A DNA stretch of 61,406 bases, filler included. It is 7 parts of 7 records of this genome, joined end to end, with 100 filler letters (N's around TTAATTAATTAA, not from the genome) between each part and the next. Parts side by side here need not be neighbours in the genome. Positions count along the whole stretch, not along the records: positions 56,968 to 61,406 come from SRR20825010_1999; 6 more parts are not named here. One strand, given 5' to 3'. The position numbers were made by a program, and so were the translations under genes. The first letter of the stretch is position 1; each line of letters begins with the position of its first letter. Below the pieces are notes generated by a model. It had not been told where the DNA came from. It was given only the letters and a program-made list of their open reading frames with translations, and ran no database searches. Below are positions 58,483 to 61,406 of this stretch, piece after piece.

Positions 58483-59412
58483 ATGGATCATGATGTCCTC
58501 ATTATCGGCGGCAGTTTTGCCGGAATGTCCGCCGCCATGCAGCTGGCGCGTGCGCGAAAGGCGCTACTGGTGCTGGATACCGGTGTGCCCCGAAACCGCT
58601 TTGCGGCAACATCGCACGGCTTTCCGGGACAGGACGGGCAAAGCCCGGCAGACATCAAGGCCATGTTGCGCGAAGAGCTGAGCGCTTATCCGACCGTCCG
58701 TTTTCGCAATGGAGCGGCTCTGTCAGCCAGGCGTGAGGGTAATGGATTTAGCGTTTCTCTGGCTGACGGTAGCGACGTCACCACGCGGCGGATCATTCTT
58801 GCCTATGGCGTGCGCGACAGCCTCCCGGATCTGCCCGGCCTTGCCGAGCGCTGGGGCGCAAGCGTGCTGCATTGCCCCTATTGCCATGGATACGAACTCA
58901 ACCAACAGCCGGTTGGCGTGCTGGCGCGAAACGAAATGGCCCTGCATCAGGCGATGCTGCTGCCCGACTGGGGGCCGACAACGCTGTTTACGGGAACGGC
59001 ATTCCGCCCGACTGCAGAGCAGGTGGAATCGCTGAAAAGTCGTGGTGTGCAGATCGAGGAAACACCGGTGTCAGAACTCATCGGTACCGGTCCGGCGCTT
59101 GAGGCTGTGCGGCTGAAAGACGGGCGGACGGTCCCGCTTGCGGGCCTGTTTCTGGCACCTCAGACCGCGCCTTCCAGTGACATTGCGGCTCAGTTGGGTT
59201 GTGAAATGCAAGACGGGCCGACGGGACCTTATGTTGCAGTCGACCAGATGCAGGCGACAACGGTTGCCGGTGTCTTTGCCGCTGGCGATCTCGCAAGTCC
59301 GATGCCGAACGCTACCCTTGCGGCCGCATCCGGCGTACTCGCCGGCGGTGCTGCGCATCGCTCGCTGATCTTCGACCCCGATCTGAAACAGCAAAAGGAG
59401 AGGGCATCGTGA
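58483..59412 (+). CDS. thioredoxin-reductase-like FAD-dependent oxidoreductase
   Basis: GGSFAG.SAA, PRNRFA..SHGF, HCPYCHGYE (CxxC) and GVFAAGD. It lacks the GGGxxA NADPH-binding motif of canonical TrxB. Confidence 0.88.
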   Translation: MDHDVLIIGGSFAGMSAAMQLARARKALLVLDTGVPRNRFAATSHGFPGQDGQSPADIKAMLREELSAYPTVRFRNGAALSARREGNGFSVSLADGSDVTTRRIILAYGVRDSLPDLPGLAERWGASVLHCPYCHGYELNQQPVGVLARNEMALHQAMLLPDWGPTTLFTGTAFRPTAEQVESLKSRGVQIEETPVSELIGTGPALEAVRLKDGRTVPLAGLFLAPQTAPSSDIAAQLGCEMQDGPTGPYVAVDQMQATTVAGVFAAGDLASPMPNATLAAASGVLAGGAAHRSLIFDPDLKQQKERAS

Positions 59413-60035
59413 TGCAGGTGTCTGCACAGGACGAGTTCTGGAACGATCTCTACCGAAAGGCCGCGCCAACATCGTCGGGAAAGCCCGGACTGGCGCTCGC
59501 CCGGTTTGCCGGTCCGCTTTCTCCCGGTAAAGCGCTTGAGCTTGGCTGCGCCAGGGGTGACGATGCCGTGTGGCTGGCCCGGCGGGGCTGGCAGGTCACT
59601 GCCGTCGATATATCACCTGTCGCACTTGAGTATGCGGTGGAAAATGCGCGCCGCGCCGGTGTCGAGAAACGCATGCATTTCGAGGTGCACGATCTCGCCG
59701 TTTCTTTCCCTGAGGGCGCCTATGATCTGGTGACGGCAAGCTTTCTGCATTCCCCGCACGACTGGCCTCGGGCTGAGGCTCTGGCCCGCGCAGCCAGTGC
59801 CGTCACGCAGGACGGGCATCTGCTGATCGTCGAGCATGGCTCATACGCGCCATGGTCATGGTCGTCGAATGAGACGCCGCCGCCCACCGCCGAGGAAACG
59901 CTTGATGCCATGCACCTTGCCGGCGACCACTGGCAAAGGTGCAGTGTCTGCCAGATCGAGCGCGCCGCAAAGGGGCCGGAAGGTCAGACCGCGGATGTGA
60001 AAGACAACATCATCTTCCTTCGGCGTATCGGCTGA
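59409..60035 (+). CDS. class I SAM-dependent methyltransferase
   Basis: ALELGCARGDDAVWLA..GWQVTAVDIS and YDLVTASFLH. It overlaps the upstream stop. Confidence 0.9.
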   Translation: MMQVSAQDEFWNDLYRKAAPTSSGKPGLALARFAGPLSPGKALELGCARGDDAVWLARRGWQVTAVDISPVALEYAVENARRAGVEKRMHFEVHDLAVSFPEGAYDLVTASFLHSPHDWPRAEALARAASAVTQDGHLLIVEHGSYAPWSWSSNETPPPTAEETLDAMHLAGDHWQRCSVCQIERAAKGPEGQTADVKDNIIFLRRIG

Positions 60036-60195
60036 GCGGAGCACACCTGTCCAGCTTATCCGCCGATGGCACAAAAGAGGTGAGGCTTGCAACTGACGAG
60101 GACCAAACAATGGTCCTTTGGCATGACGGCGGCGTTGGTTTATCATGACCTGGATTTGAGTAATATTCCACATTCATGACAACGGATCATACGCC

Positions 60196-61068
60196 ATGAT
60201 TGATATCCAGCCTCTGGCCATCCTGCGCGAGATTGACCGGACGGGGAGCCTGACCCAGGCTGCCGAGCAACTGAACCTGACCCAATCGGCAGTCAGTCAT
60301 GCAATCCGTCGTTTCGAGGAACGCCACGGTGTCAAACTGTGGGAGCGCGAGGGGCACAAGCTGCGTCTGACGCTTGCGGGCGACTATCTTCTGGGCCTTG
60401 CGATGCGCGTGCTGCCTCAGCTGGAACATGGCGCGTCGGTCATCGAGGATTATGCCCGCGGGCGGCGCGGGGCGATCCGGGTCGGGATGGAGTGTCATCC
60501 CTGCCAGGACTGGCTGATGCGGGTGGTCGATCCGTTTCTGGCGGAGTGGCCCGATGTCGAGCTGGATGTTACCACGGCCTTTCAGTTTGGCGGGCTGACG
60601 GCGCTTGTCGGTCACGAGATCGATATTCTCGTCACTCCCGATCCGCTGGAGCGTCCGGAGGTCGAATACAAGCCTGTCTTTAACTATGAACTGGTTCTGG
60701 CCGTGGCCGAGGGCCACGCTTTGGCGCATAAGCAGCGGGCCGAGCCACAGGATCTGGCGGGCGAGGTGCTGATAACCTATCCCGTTCCCCGCGAGAGGCT
60801 GGATATTTATACCCGCTTTCTGGTGCCCGCCCATGCACAGCCACGCCAGCACCGCACGGTGGAAACAACCGATCTGATGTTGCGGTTGGTGGCATCGGGC
60901 CGCGCCGTCAGCGCGACCCCAGACTGGCTTCTGCGCGAGGCTAAGGGGGTAAAAGGCGTACGGCTCGGTGAGGGGATCGCAAAATCCATCCATCTCGGTC
61001 ACCGCAGGGGCAAGCGCCCAGATTATCTGGATGGCTTCATGGAATTGGCCGAGACCGTCAGGATATGA
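60196..61068 (+). CDS. metR: LysR family regulator, MetR type
   Basis: GSLTQAA..LNLTQSAVSH HTH, MECHPC..WL, TPDP and LITYPV..ERLDIY..FL (MetR-specific motifs). Confidence 0.85.
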   Translation: MIDIQPLAILREIDRTGSLTQAAEQLNLTQSAVSHAIRRFEERHGVKLWEREGHKLRLTLAGDYLLGLAMRVLPQLEHGASVIEDYARGRRGAIRVGMECHPCQDWLMRVVDPFLAEWPDVELDVTTAFQFGGLTALVGHEIDILVTPDPLERPEVEYKPVFNYELVLAVAEGHALAHKQRAEPQDLAGEVLITYPVPRERLDIYTRFLVPAHAQPRQHRTVETTDLMLRLVASGRAVSATPDWLLREAKGVKGVRLGEGIAKSIHLGHRRGKRPDYLDGFMELAETVRI

Positions 61069-61174
61069 GCCCGCCACCGCGTGGTCGCTGTGTTCCTTCT
61101 GCAGCGTTCCTGGATAATTTGGTCGGCGAGAAGCTGCGTCGTTTTAACGAAAATCAAGGCTGAATGGCGAGTTT

Positions 61175-61209
61175 ATGATTCCGTGTCATGTTTTCCTGAA
61201 ATAATTTCA
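61175..61209. promoter_or_regulatory. tandem MetR boxes
   Basis: TGAAATAATTTCA (61197-61209) is a perfect TGAA-N5-TTCA. The weaker ATGATTCCGTGTCAT (61175-61189) lies two helical turns upstream. Confidence 0.65.
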
Positions 61210-61338
61210 TTTTTATTCATGTTCTAACTCGGGCATAGCGCTCGTATCGCATTCAATGGTCGGTACATCGGAGCCGCTGATTGAGCAGACTTGCGATGAA
61301 AGTCGCGAGCTATCGAAACGATGCGTCGATTGAGTAAC

Positions 61339-61406
61339 CTGTAGCGTCCTTTGGGCATCCGAATGGATGTGCGGCGCTCTAGAGCATTTCGCAGTCAGGT
61401 GGAAAC
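61339..61406. repeat. rhizobial-type intergenic palindromic repeat element(s)
   Basis: Imperfect hairpin CTGTAGCGTCCTTTGGGCATCCGAATGGATGTGCGGCGCTCTAG runs into CTAGAGCATTTC..., reminiscent of Rhizobiales RIME/motif-C repeats. The contig ends inside it. Confidence 0.5.

Noticed and set aside
14167-61209. Functional link between the B12 riboswitch operon and metR
   Set aside because: They are on different contigs, probably from different organisms.
1-61406. tRNA, rRNA, transposase, integrase, prophage or anti-phage defence genes
   Set aside because: None was recognisable by eye in the ORFs or intergenic regions. A tRNAscan, Infernal and HMM run would be needed to exclude them formally.

Overview
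The window is not one locus. It is seven unrelated contigs joined by 100-nt spacers (N-runs around TTAATTAATTAA, which puts stops in all six frames), so gene neighbourhood is meaningful only within a contig. Taxonomic labels below are inferred from gene content. (1) 1-14066, alphaproteobacterial-like: a microaerobic block (ccoN 5' part, hemN, hemerythrin-like protein, phosphotransferase/AAA protein, FNR-family regulator, three FNR/FixK boxes), MmgE/PrpD, hydantoinase/oxoprolinase A+B, an orphan MlaF-type ATPase, and paaX-paaI divergent from paaA with a PaaX-type operator. (2) 14167-19171, gammaproteobacterial-like: radA and a cobalamin riboswitch heading btuB, a Dph6-like PP-loop ATPase and a BtuF-like protein. 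(3) 19272-23064: sugar/polyol ABC transporter with an SDR and a Zn-dehydrogenase. (4) 23165-48177, planctomycete (Rhodopirellula-like): a Ser/Thr kinase fused to a tubulin/FtsZ-like domain next to an AAA ATPase, rsmE, a sigma70-TPR/GT9-uppS run, a membrane pseudokinase, a hybrid His kinase coupled to a receiver-Ser/Thr kinase fusion, trmK, yciH, and SulP with a sigma54 promoter and tandem enhancer sites next to a sigma54 activator. (5) 48278-53664: nagZ end, M50 protease, scpAB, alpha/beta hydrolase and an iron ABC transporter with a Fur-like box. (6) 53765-56867: TRAP transporter, an atypical creatininase-family protein and an M20 amidohydrolase. (7) 56968-61406: phoX end, an Rrf2/TrxB-like/methyltransferase module, metR and MetR boxes. 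No rRNA, tRNA, CRISPR array or transposase was seen. The best candidates for poorly described systems are the kinase-tubulin-like fusion with its AAA ATPase, the phosphorelay ending in a Ser/Thr kinase with a neighbouring pseudokinase, the B12-riboswitch-controlled Dph6-like enzyme, and the Rrf2/dithiol-oxidase/methyltransferase module. All calls come from reading motifs by eye; no database search was run.
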